DNA of 63,189 nt, filler included. It is 7 parts of 7 records of this genome, joined end to end, with 100 filler letters (N's around TTAATTAATTAA, not from the genome) between each part and the next. Parts side by side here need not be neighbours in the genome. Positions count along the whole stretch, not along the records: positions 15,762 to 22,669 come from SRR22947727_141; positions 22,770 to 35,714 come from SRR22947727_142; 5 more parts are not named here. One strand, given 5' to 3'. A program made the position numbers and the translations under genes. Positions 21,016 to 30,387 of this stretch are shown in pieces. The notes under the pieces are model-generated. The model ran no database searches, was not told the origin of the DNA, and worked only from the letters and a program-made list of their open reading frames with translations. Every line of letters begins with the position of its first letter. The first letter of the stretch is position 1.

Positions 21016-21849
21016 ATGAGAAAAAAAATAACAGTTAAAGATTTACAAAATTTTAAAGGTAAAAAAAAGTTAGTATGTATTCTTATCAAGAACATAAAAG
21101 AAGCACTAGCTGCCGATAAAGTTGGTTTCGAAATGTTAGCAACTGGTGTGGCTGGAGAATACAAAAATGATGATGGTCATCCTGAGTTTGATGAATTAGT
21201 AAAAATGAGAGAAGCAGCACCTACGGCTTTTATGCACTGTGGGGCGCCTGATAGTCTTATACCTACAATAGATGAAGCAAAAAAGTTTTCTTTTAAGATA
21301 TTAGAACATGGTTTTGATATGCTTTATTGTAATACGAGGTTCGATCTCATTAAAGAATTATATAAGGAAGGCATTCCTTGTTTGGGCCATGTTGGGTTAG
21401 TGCCTCCAAAAAGAACTTGGACAGGAGGATTTGTAGCTGTTGGAAAAACTGCCTCTGAAGCAATGTGGATTTATGATCAATGTTTAAAGATCCAGGATGC
21501 TGGTGGTGTTGCAATTGAAATGGAGTGTGTTCCTTATAAAATTGCAGAGGCAATTTCTAAAAAAATCAAACCGACAGTAATGTCTATGGGTAGTGGGCCT
21601 GGATGTGATGTTGAGTATGTATTTGGGTGTGACATATTGGGAACAACCAAAGGTCATATTCCGCGACATGCTAAAAAATATAGGGATTTTCAACAAGAAT
21701 TTGATAGATTACAACAAGAAAGAGAGAATGCTTTTCAAGAATTTTATGATGATGTTCATGCAGGAGGTTTTCCAGAGAAAAAAAATATTGTTGAAATTAA
21801 TGAAAATGAATTAGATACATTCTTAAATAGATTAGAACAAAGAAGTTAA
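21016..21849 (+). CDS. PanB-fold protein, copy 2, degenerate active site
   Basis: GHVGLVP, GGFVAVGK, EMECVP, SMGSGPGCD, DILG..GHIPRHAKKY; lacks GDS and VK.EG. Confidence 0.85.
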   Translation: MRKKITVKDLQNFKGKKKLVCILIKNIKEALAADKVGFEMLATGVAGEYKNDDGHPEFDELVKMREAAPTAFMHCGAPDSLIPTIDEAKKFSFKILEHGFDMLYCNTRFDLIKELYKEGIPCLGHVGLVPPKRTWTGGFVAVGKTASEAMWIYDQCLKIQDAGGVAIEMECVPYKIAEAISKKIKPTVMSMGSGPGCDVEYVFGCDILGTTKGHIPRHAKKYRDFQQEFDRLQQERENAFQEFYDDVHAGGFPEKKNIVEINENELDTFLNRLEQRS

Positions 21850-21850
21850 T

Positions 21851-22669
21851 ATGAGCGAAAAAAATTTAAATGATGAAAATTTTGGAACTAGAGACAAAAG
21901 AGGGCATTGGAAACCTTTTGGAACTATTGCTGTAAATCCACCCAAATCAATTTTTTTTAACCCAATTAAACTTATAAAATACTTTTTTAAATTCCCAGGA
22001 ATATTTTTTCCATGGACATTTGTTTTTGGTTTTATAACTGTTCTTACTTACTTATTTCTTACACCTTCATTAGAGACAATGAAAACATTTCAAGTTGATT
22101 GGATAGCATTCATTTTTTTTAGAAATGCAGCAATTATCTTATTATGGACTGGTTTTTTTCACCTGAGATTAAAAAATCAAGGAACTTCCTTTAAGTATAA
22201 CCCAAGACCGCTAGAAGAGAATAATCCAACTTTTTTATTTAATAACCAAACTAAAGATAATTTATTTTATACTTTTTGCAGCGCTATTCCTTTGTGGACA
22301 GCTTATGAGGTAGTTACTTTTTGGGCTTTTGCAAATCAAGTAATTCCATATGTTAGCTGGGAGATATATCCCGTATATTGTTGTTTTTTATTTTTTCTTG
22401 TTCCTTTTATAAGAGATGCGCATTTCTACTTAACACATAGATTACTTCATTGGGGACCTTTGTATAGAATTGCTCACAAAGTGCATCATCGTAATACCAA
22501 TACTGGAGCATGGTCTGGCATGTCTATGCACCCTATAGAGCACATTCTTTATTTTTCTGGAATTCTCATTCATTGGATTATACCTTCACATCCCCTTGTA
22601 GCAATGTATCATGTTTTCCATGCAGGGTTAGCTCCAACGCCAGGTCATACTGGATATGAAAAAATGACT
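21851..22669 (+). CDS. Sterol desaturase/fatty acid hydroxylase-family di-iron enzyme, truncated by contig end
   Basis: HFYLTHRLLH, HKVHH, SMHPIEH, GHTGYE motifs. Confidence 0.88.
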
Positions 22670-22769
22670 NNNNNNNNNNNNNNNNNNNNNNNNNNNNNNN
22701 NNNNNNNNNNNNNTTAATTAATTAANNNNNNNNNNNNNNNNNNNNNNNNNNNNNNNNNNNNNNNNNNNN
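22670..22769. other. Artificial contig spacer
   Basis: 44 N + TTAATTAATTAA + 44 N. Confidence 0.99.
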
Positions 22770-22771
22770 AT

Positions 22772-23215
22772 AGGAAAAAATTACAAATTGCAAAAAACTT
22801 TGGGTGTAAATATATATTTAATACAAATAATTCAAAAAATCTAAAAAAAATTTCGTTAAGTCTTGATAAGGAGAAAATCAAATTCAATATTGAACTTTCT
22901 GGAAATATTGAAATGATGGAATTTGCATACAAAAATTTATCAAAAAATGGAATATTTGTGCTAGCTGGCAATCCGAAAAAAGGTCAAAAAATTAAAATTA
23001 ATCCTTACGATTTAATATTTGGAAAAAAAATATTTGGTTTTTCAGGAAATGATATTTCTTTACAAAAAAATATTAATATTTATAGTAAAATAATAAAACG
23101 GACTGGAATAAAAAAATTAAGAAAAATTTATAATTCCTATTTTTTTAAAAATATAAATAAAGCTATTGAGGATTTTAATAAAGGAAAAGTTTTAAGACCT
23201 CTAATAAAACTTTAA
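22772..23215 (+). CDS. Zinc-binding (MDR) alcohol dehydrogenase, 3' part
   Basis: Frame is open from the spacer: KLQIAKNFGCKYIFN...ELSGN...GIFVLAG...INKAIEDFNKGKVLRPLI. Confidence 0.8.
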   Translation, partial: RKKLQIAKNFGCKYIFNTNNSKNLKKISLSLDKEKIKFNIELSGNIEMMEFAYKNLSKNGIFVLAGNPKKGQKIKINPYDLIFGKKIFGFSGNDISLQKNINIYSKIIKRTGIKKLRKIYNSYFFKNINKAIEDFNKGKVLRPLIKL

Positions 23216-23218
23216 AAA

Positions 23219-23893
23219 TTATTTTAATTTATTATAAAAAAAAATATTTTGCTTGCCCATTAAAAATTTATAAACTTTTTTTGCTACAGAAGTAACATCT
23301 GCAGGTATTTTCTTTTTTTTATTGTAGTGAGTAAAATATTTATTATTATGAAACATTTTAGTATCAATGCTTGACAAAATAACAGTTTTGAAATCTATTT
23401 TTTTTAATGTTTCATTAAAAATTTTACTAAAATTATAAATAATTTTTTTTGAAGCTGTATAACCTTTGTTTAATTTAGATCTAGAGTAAATATTATAGCT
23501 AGAAATTGATGTCACAGAATGAAGCAAATTTTTTTCTAAAAATTTTAAAATTAAAGATACTTGGTTGTGAAAATTAATTTTATAAACTAGGGTAAAATAA
23601 TTCATATTTGTAAAATCTTTAAAAGTATCTTTCATATTTATTCCTGCATTTAAGATAAAATAGCATTTTTGTTTATTTATTTTTAAAATTATTTTCTTTA
23701 AAACCTGATTATTGAATGCGTCATCTTTAAAATTATGTTTAAATTGATAAAAATTTTTATAATTTGTTTTAAGATTTATTTTTCTTTTAGAGATACCTAT
23801 TAAAATATTATTTTTATCTTTAATGATTTGCTTGGATAACTCAAACCCCAAACCATCTGTATGTCCGGTCAATATAAAATATTTTTTACTCAT
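23219..23893 (-). CDS. Short-chain dehydrogenase/reductase
   Basis: TGHTDGLG, LNAG, catalytic YTASK. Confidence 0.82.
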   Translation of the reverse strand: MSKKYFILTGHTDGLGFELSKQIIKDKNNILIGISKRKINLKTNYKNFYQFKHNFKDDAFNNQVLKKIILKINKQKCYFILNAGINMKDTFKDFTNMNYFTLVYKINFHNQVSLILKFLEKNLLHSVTSISSYNIYSRSKLNKGYTASKKIIYNFSKIFNETLKKIDFKTVILSSIDTKMFHNNKYFTHYNKKKKIPADVTSVAKKVYKFLMGKQNIFFYNKLK

Positions 23894-24593
23894 AAATACG
23901 ATATTTTGATATTTTTATTAAAGTCATCATGACATTGAAAATATTTTTTAACCTAAAGGCTTTTGAAAGCCCCTCAGTTCTATCTAAATTTTTTATTTTT
24001 ACTTGCGTAAATGAAGATTTTTTCTTTTTTAACAAACTTGCTAAAATTTCAGTTTGATAACCATACCCAGCAGATAATTTTTTTAATTGTATAATATTTT
24101 TAGTAAGATGAACTACTGGACCATTATAGTATTTTACTTTTAAACCCAAAATAACATTTACTAACAAAGTGTACATTTTAGAAATGAGCTTTCTTGTTTT
24201 AGAGCGAACATCCAAATTATCAAAATATGGTATTATTATTTCACTTTTTCCAAGGTATTTTAGAATTTTTACTATAGAATTTTTTGGTTCAGTATTGTCG
24301 CCATTGATAAGCATATAAAATTTACCTTTCGCACAATTTGCATACTTAAAGTACGATTTTCCAAGGCCTAAATTCTTTTTATTTTTTTTTAAAAAAACAT
24401 TTTTATTATTTTTTGTAATTTTTTTAATTACTTTATAGCTATCATCTGTAGAACCATCATCTACAATTAAGATCTCATATTTAAAATTATAAAAATTTAC
24501 AGCACTTATTAAATTTTGATAAGCTTTTAAAATATTTTTTTCTTCATTAAAACAGGGTATAAAAAAAGTAATATCTTTATTTAGCTTATCCAC
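23886..24593 (-). CDS. Glycosyltransferase family 2 (DPM1/GtrB-like)
   Basis: IPCFNEE, VDDGSTD, NLGLG, INGD; GTG start. Confidence 0.88.
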   Translation of the reverse strand: MDKLNKDITFFIPCFNEEKNILKAYQNLISAVNFYNFKYEILIVDDGSTDDSYKVIKKITKNNKNVFLKKNKKNLGLGKSYFKYANCAKGKFYMLINGDNTEPKNSIVKILKYLGKSEIIIPYFDNLDVRSKTRKLISKMYTLLVNVILGLKVKYYNGPVVHLTKNIIQLKKLSAGYGYQTEILASLLKKKKSSFTQVKIKNLDRTEGLSKAFRLKNIFNVMMTLIKISKYRIYE

Positions 24594-25053
24594 TGAACCT
24601 CACTAAAAAAAGTTTATGAATAATTTTAAAGCACTTTTTAACAAAATAGATTTTATTTGTTACATAGAGATTTTTTTTTTTTTTTATTAAATATTTGTTA
24701 TCAATTAAAATTTTAACTCGAGGTAAAAAACTTTCATATTTAAACTTTGCATAATATTTTTGAAAATTATAGTTTTTATTTTTTATATCTAACAATATTT
24801 TGACAGAAATAGATTTTAAAAGACCGGCGTAAATAAAAAAAACTAAAATTGTAAGAGTAAAATTAGTATTAAAGATATGTATAATATTAGGAATATTAAT
24901 TTCAAAATATATATAATTAATTGTTATAAATATTACAGAATTAAAAATTAGATATAAGGAAAATTTTTTTGATGTTATTTTCATAAATAAAAAATTTATA
25001 AAAATTAAAATTATAAAATATAAAAAAGAAAATATCAGTATACTTTTAACCAT
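24586..25053 (-). CDS. Hypothetical membrane protein
   Basis: Three hydrophobic segments then basic soluble tail; overlaps neighbours in operon style. Confidence 0.7.
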   Translation of the reverse strand: MVKSILIFSFLYFIILIFINFLFMKITSKKFSLYLIFNSVIFITINYIYFEINIPNIIHIFNTNFTLTILVFFIYAGLLKSISVKILLDIKNKNYNFQKYYAKFKYESFLPRVKILIDNKYLIKKKKNLYVTNKIYFVKKCFKIIHKLFLVRFSG

Positions 25054-25543
25054 TTTTTTTTATAGAAAATGTAAAATTTAAAAATTTAATTAAAAAATAT
25101 AATATTAATCCAAATTTTGTTAAAAAAATAAAATTTTTATCTTTAATTAAGTTGAGCTTAATTAAGTCTTTCATTCTTTTTTTTAGCATCCATTTTAAAG
25201 TATTATTATTTGCATAAAATTTTTCTAATTCTTTAAGTTTAAATTTTTTTTTTTTTATGTTTGTTACTAATGAAATTGTAAATCCCCGAGATATTAATGA
25301 AAAAAATTCTATATAAATTATAAAAACTGCGAAATTCAAAATTAAAAAGTATAAATGTATACTCATTAATTTTAATATTAAGTAAGAAATAAAAAAACTT
25401 AAAACATTGCTTAAAACTAAATTTAACTCTTTATTGTTTCGTATAACCCTTATGATTAAAATATGTAAAAAAAAAGTTAAAAAAAAAAATATAGCTACGT
25501 AGATAGCTAAATTTAATAATTGATGTAAAAATGAAAATAACAC
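25046..25543 (-). CDS. Hypothetical membrane protein, probable paralog of the adjacent gene
   Basis: Three hydrophobic segments then KRMKDLIKLNLI...LTKFG tail. Confidence 0.7.
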   Translation of the reverse strand: MLFSFLHQLLNLAIYVAIFFFLTFFLHILIIRVIRNNKELNLVLSNVLSFFISYLILKLMSIHLYFLILNFAVFIIYIEFFSLISRGFTISLVTNIKKKKFKLKELEKFYANNNTLKWMLKKRMKDLIKLNLIKDKNFIFLTKFGLILYFLIKFLNFTFSIKKNG

Positions 25544-25547
25544 CTAA

Positions 25548-26693
25548 TTATATATTAAAAAATTTGTTTATTTCTTTAACCATGTGATAAATCTCCCTGC
25601 CACTTATAAATTCATGTACTGGTAAAGATATTGAAGTTTTTGCTAATTTTTCAGCAACAGGGAAGTCGCCTTTTTTGTATTTAAGATATTTGGCAGCTTT
25701 TTGCAAATGCACTGGTATTGGATAATGAACTTTTGCATCTATATTCTTTGAAATTAAATATTTTTGTAACTCATCTCTTTTCTTTACGTTTATATGATAA
25801 AGATGGAATACTTCTTTCAAGTATCTTTTCCTTTTCACAAGAATTACATTTTTATTTTTTGTTAAATACTTATCAAGCATCTTTGAGTTTCTAATTCTTT
25901 TTTTTGTAATATTGTCTAACTTGAATTTCATTTTGTAATTAGCTACTGCAGCCTGAATTGTATCTAGTCGAGAGTTATATCCAAAAATTTCTACATGATT
26001 TCTATCTTTAAGACCGTGATTTCTTAACAAATAGAGTTTTTTTGCTAATTCTTTTTTATTTGTAACAATAAAACCTCCATCACCCCAAACATTCAAATTT
26101 TTTAAAGGATGCATGCTGTATGTACAAGTATCACCATAATTTACTAAGTAATTATTTTTATATTTAGCTCCTATAATATGAGCGCTATCTTGAACTATTT
26201 TTAAATTATATTTTTTTGCAATTGAAAATATTTTATCCATTTCGCATGGTCTACCGGCCCAATGAACTGGTATTATTGCTTTTGTTTTTTTAGTAATAGC
26301 TGATTCAATTTTTGTTTCATCAATATTGTAATCATTTTTTACATCAACAAATACTGGTTTGGCTCCTGCAGTCACGATTGACCCTACAGTTGCAACAAAG
26401 GTATATGAAACAGTTATAACTTCGTCCCCTGATCCTATTCCCAATGCTTTTAAACTAAGTAATAATGCATCTGTTCCATTACCAACACTAATTGCATACT
26501 TTGCACCAGTTCTTCTGGCAAAATTTTTTTCACAAAGATCAACTTCTTTTCCTAGTGTGTAATCTCCTTTTTGTACAACTTTTTCTATTTTTTTAAAAAT
26601 TTTTTTATAATCTGAGAATTGCTCAATTAAATAACTGTGATTAATTTTTAACTTCTCATTAGCTTTATATTGAATTGGTAAAAAATTTTTCAT
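25548..26693 (-). CDS. DegT/DnrJ/EryC1/StrS sugar aminotransferase
   Basis: NGTDAL, GDEVIT, PVHWAG, DSAH, SMHPLKNL (PLP Lys), GYNSRLD. Confidence 0.95.
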   Translation of the reverse strand: MKNFLPIQYKANEKLKINHSYLIEQFSDYKKIFKKIEKVVQKGDYTLGKEVDLCEKNFARRTGAKYAISVGNGTDALLLSLKALGIGSGDEVITVSYTFVATVGSIVTAGAKPVFVDVKNDYNIDETKIESAITKKTKAIIPVHWAGRPCEMDKIFSIAKKYNLKIVQDSAHIIGAKYKNNYLVNYGDTCTYSMHPLKNLNVWGDGGFIVTNKKELAKKLYLLRNHGLKDRNHVEIFGYNSRLDTIQAAVANYKMKFKLDNITKKRIRNSKMLDKYLTKNKNVILVKRKRYLKEVFHLYHINVKKRDELQKYLISKNIDAKVHYPIPVHLQKAAKYLKYKKGDFPVAEKLAKTSISLPVHEFISGREIYHMVKEINKFFNI

Positions 26694-27697
26694 TATTTTT
26701 TTAAATTTTTGTCTTGATAAATCATATCTTTTGCTGAAATCTTTTTAATGTATTTTTTATGATAGTCTACTACTTTTTTTAAACCAGATATTAAAGTATA
26801 GACTGGACGCCAATTTAATTGTTTTTTTGTTTTTTTGCAGTCAAGTTTATATAAAAAATCTTGACCTAATCTTCGATTAACTTTTTTTATTAATTTTTTT
26901 TGATCATATGATTTTATTTTACAAATATTTTTAATAATATCTAAAACACTATTAAAATTTTTACCCGAAAAATGATAAGTTTTTCCTATTTTTCCCTTTA
27001 AAATAATCCTTTTTATTCCATTGCAAAAATCATCTTTATAAATAAAATTTCTTTGAGATCGCCCATTACCTTCAAGTGGAAATTTTTTTTCACTATCAAT
27101 ACAAGAAATTAACTTTGGAATTAATCTGTGCAAGGGCTGACCTGGACCATAAAAATTAGAAAATCTAGATATAATTAAAGGAAATTGAAAATTTTTATGA
27201 TAATTTTTTAAAAAAATTTCAAAACTTAGTTTTGATGAAGCATACGGAGTCTTTGGTTTAAATGAATCAAAATCTTCATTAATATACTTACTAGATGAAC
27301 CAAAAATTTCTGGTGTTGATATATAAATATATTTATCTAAAAAATTTGATGTACTTAAATACTGAATTGTTTTAATTTTAGATAAAACATTAATTTGATA
27401 ATAAAGTTCAGGATTTTTCCAACTCTCATTAACCATGCAAATTGATGCAAAATCTAAAATAATATTCGGCTTTATCTTTTTTACTAAATTTAGGAGCTTG
27501 TGGGATTTTTTTGATAAATCAATTTTATAATTTTTAAAAAAATTTATGTTTTTATTATGTTTGTAAAGTAATAAGTAATTTTTTTTTCTTTTTCTATAGG
27601 TGCCAAAAACTAAATATTTATTTTCAGTTAACAAATTATCAATTAGAGATGCTCCAGAAAAGCTTGAACTTCCTAAAACTAATATTTTTTTTTTCAT
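26693..27697 (-). CDS. NDP-sugar dehydratase/epimerase (RmlB-like SDR)
   Basis: GSSSFSG, STPEIFG, PYASSK, RFSNFYGPGQ..RLIP. Confidence 0.85.
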   Translation of the reverse strand: MKKKILVLGSSSFSGASLIDNLLTENKYLVFGTYRKRKKNYLLLYKHNKNINFFKNYKIDLSKKSHKLLNLVKKIKPNIILDFASICMVNESWKNPELYYQINVLSKIKTIQYLSTSNFLDKYIYISTPEIFGSSSKYINEDFDSFKPKTPYASSKLSFEIFLKNYHKNFQFPLIISRFSNFYGPGQPLHRLIPKLISCIDSEKKFPLEGNGRSQRNFIYKDDFCNGIKRIILKGKIGKTYHFSGKNFNSVLDIIKNICKIKSYDQKKLIKKVNRRLGQDFLYKLDCKKTKKQLNWRPVYTLISGLKKVVDYHKKYIKKISAKDMIYQDKNLKK

Positions 27698-27702
27698 CTA
27701 AA

Positions 27703-28764
27703 TTAAAATGGACCTTTAAATTTAGCATCTGGAATATCATTAGCTATATTTTTGTTAAATTTTATATTTATTTTTCGATTAATTAATTTTTGTATTTGCT
27801 TTAAAATATCATTTTTGCTTACATAAAAATCCTTAGAATAAAAAACACTCGTAGGTGAAGGTGTATCTGGCAAAGTAATCAATATTGGTGGTTTAATTAA
27901 TTTTATATTTTTATCTAAATATAATCTAGATATTATTTCCGAACCTACGGAGCATATAGGATGTGAGATAGTATCAAGAACTAAAAGTTTTTTTGTTCTT
28001 TTTAAGGACTTCTTTACTAATGTTAAGTCAAGTGGTTTTATACTTCTGAGGTCTATATGGTCAAAAAAAATTTTTTTTTCTATAAGTTTTTCTTTTAAAG
28101 ATAAGATTTCTAATGTAGATAAGGAATAAGTTACAACTGTAAAATCATTTCCTTTACTTAAAAGTCTTGATGTTCCTAGTTGATCTTTAGAATTTTTTTT
28201 TATAATTTTTTTTTCTTCTAATCCATGAAGCCATCTATGTTCAATAAATAAAACTGGATTTGGATCTCTAATGGAAGCTTTTAATAAATTGTAAGCATCT
28301 AGAGGAAACGTTGGCATCACTACTTTTAACCCAGGTATATGAGCGAACCAGCTTTGCAAGCTTTGAGAATGAGTTGGGCCCTGACCCCATCCCTTACCTA
28401 CTATCAATCGTATTGTAATTGGGATACTTTTCTGCCCACCAAACATATAATGCCACTTTGCTGCGCTATTAACTAATTGATCCATAGCAAGTAAAAAAAA
28501 ATCTAATCTTTGATGCATCATTACACACGGATTCTTATAAAGAGACATTCCAATACCTATTCCAGTCATAGCATTTTCCGATGTAGGTGTTTCAAATACT
28601 CTCTCTGATCCAAATTTTTCCACTAAGCCTTTGGTGGTACCAAAAAATCTTAAAGCATCATTTACTCCTAGTCCAAAACATACAAGCTTTTTGTTTCTTG
28701 TCATTTCTTCTTCTAAGGCAAGATTAATTGCTTCTGAGTAACTAATGTTCATTTTTATAAACAA
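27703..28764 (-). CDS. ThDP-dependent enzyme, PDH E1 beta-like subunit
   Basis: ERVFETPTSENAMTG, DQLVNSAAK, GPTHSQS, PGLKVV, PVLFIEH, IDLRSIKPLD; start may be the second Met. Confidence 0.92.
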   Translation of the reverse strand: MFIKMNISYSEAINLALEEEMTRNKKLVCFGLGVNDALRFFGTTKGLVEKFGSERVFETPTSENAMTGIGIGMSLYKNPCVMMHQRLDFFLLAMDQLVNSAAKWHYMFGGQKSIPITIRLIVGKGWGQGPTHSQSLQSWFAHIPGLKVVMPTFPLDAYNLLKASIRDPNPVLFIEHRWLHGLEEKKIIKKNSKDQLGTSRLLSKGNDFTVVTYSLSTLEILSLKEKLIEKKIFFDHIDLRSIKPLDLTLVKKSLKRTKKLLVLDTISHPICSVGSEIISRLYLDKNIKLIKPPILITLPDTPSPTSVFYSKDFYVSKNDILKQIQKLINRKINIKFNKNIANDIPDAKFKGPF

Positions 28765-29719
28765 GTTTTTTTATTTTATTAAATTTAGGCTTTTTATATT
28801 TTTTAATTAAATCAAATTCTAAATTAATATTTTTTAGAATATTTTTTTCTATTAAATCCATTTTTTTCTTATTTAAAATTTTATTTTTTAAAATATATTT
28901 TCTTGAAAAAACTAAAGGATCTCTGTCTTTCCAATTATTTATTTCTTGTAATTTTCTATAACCAAGTTGAGTATCATCATTAGGTCCACAATGCTCAAGG
29001 TATCGATAAGTTTCAATTTCTATAAAATGAGGAAATGGATTGTTTCTAATTCCTTCAAATATTTTTTTTAACTTTGAAAATAGTATAAAGGGATTGTTTT
29101 GATAAAACTTAAATGATTTGGCCCCAATTGCTTCAGCTAATTTAAATGGTTTTCTTTTAGTTGGTTGTCTATCTTTTATATGTGTGTAAACAGAATAAAA
29201 ATTATTTTCACAAATAAATACAACAGGTAGTTTCTTTATAACACAAAAATTTAGAGACTCGTAAAATACACCCTCCTCTAAAGATGCATCGCCAACATAA
29301 ATACATACAAGATTTTTTTGTTTGTTGATTTTAAGAGAGTAGGATAACCCTACTCCTATAGGTATTGAATTTGATACTATGGCAGTACTACCATAAAAAT
29401 TATTTTTTAAATCTATTAAATGCATCGATCCACCGATCCCGCTGCTACAACCTTCTTCGTAACCATGAAGTTCTGCAAATAATTTTTTTAAACTTCCTCC
29501 TTTAGCTAAATAATGAGCATGTGAACGATGATAACTAATTGAAATATCTTTTTTATTTAAAGCCAACCCACTTGCTGTCGCAACAGCTTCTTGGCCTATT
29601 GATAGATGAATTGGGCATCTCATCAAATTATATTTATAATTATTTGATATCTTTTCCTCTGCAGACCTTATTTTTTTTTGCATAGCAAAAATTTTTTTAT
29701 AAATTGAAGAATTTATCAT
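28742..29719 (-). CDS. ThDP-dependent enzyme, PDH E1 alpha-like subunit
   Basis: HLSIGQEA, HRSH, GGSMH, GDAS...ENN ThDP motif, TYRYLEH. Confidence 0.92.
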   Translation of the reverse strand: MINSSIYKKIFAMQKKIRSAEEKISNNYKYNLMRCPIHLSIGQEAVATASGLALNKKDISISYHRSHAHYLAKGGSLKKLFAELHGYEEGCSSGIGGSMHLIDLKNNFYGSTAIVSNSIPIGVGLSYSLKINKQKNLVCIYVGDASLEEGVFYESLNFCVIKKLPVVFICENNFYSVYTHIKDRQPTKRKPFKLAEAIGAKSFKFYQNNPFILFSKLKKIFEGIRNNPFPHFIEIETYRYLEHCGPNDDTQLGYRKLQEINNWKDRDPLVFSRKYILKNKILNKKKMDLIEKNILKNINLEFDLIKKYKKPKFNKIKKLVYKNEH

Positions 29720-30387
29720 GGCTTAAACCAGTAATAGTCACCTGCATATCCAGTTTCTAAAAAAATTTTTTTCCACTCTTCTGTATGAAGTATCGTTTTT
29801 GCTGTTAAATTCCATGCATACATTAACTCACGTTCTTGATCATTTGAATAAGCGTCAACGGTAATAAATTTATTTTTTTTTGATACTCTCTCAATCTCAC
29901 GCAAAGAATCTTTGCATTCACTTAAATCTAAATTATGAATAGTTGTAATTGAAATTACTAAATCAAAGGTGTTGTCTGCATAATCTAATTTTTTGGCATT
30001 TCCAACTTTAAGATTTTTTTTCACCTCAGGTTTTGCATTTTTAATAGCATATTCAGAAATATCTATACCCTCAATTTCAAAATTAGAATTAGCTTTTTTG
30101 AAATCATAAAGCATAAACCCTTTACCACATCCTACGTCTAGAATTTTATCACCATCTTTTAAATTATAAAAATTTATAAAATCAGGTATTACGTTTATCC
30201 AAAATCTTTCATTATAATAATAACCTCCATACCCATTACTTCGATCACCATCAAAAAAATCCTTGCCAAATTTTCTTGCTAATTCCTGCTGTTCGCTAGT
30301 TTTTGAAGAACCTCTTTTAGAAACATCCCTTTTAGATTTTGGGTATTTTGATAATAAATCTACTTCTCTTCCAATTTTATTTAACAT
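29716..30387 (-). CDS. Class I SAM-dependent methyltransferase
   Basis: ILDVGCGKG, GIDIS, DNTFDLVIS; GYGGY motif. Confidence 0.9.
   Translation of the reverse strand: MLNKIGREVDLLSKYPKSKRDVSKRGSSKTSEQQELARKFGKDFFDGDRSNGYGGYYYNERFWINVIPDFINFYNLKDGDKILDVGCGKGFMLYDFKKANSNFEIEGIDISEYAIKNAKPEVKKNLKVGNAKKLDYADNTFDLVISITTIHNLDLSECKDSLREIERVSKKNKFITVDAYSNDQERELMYAWNLTAKTILHTEEWKKIFLETGYAGDYYWFKP

Noticed and set aside
19166-21849. Pantothenate biosynthesis (panB)
   Set aside because: Metal- and substrate-binding motifs missing, no panC nearby, catabolic context; gene symbol withheld
22714-22971. 85-aa minus-strand ORF
   Set aside because: Antisense to the Zn-ADH fragment and terminated only by the artificial spacer
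27703-29719. Housekeeping pyruvate dehydrogenase
   Set aside because: No E2/E3, embedded in a nucleotide-sugar operon
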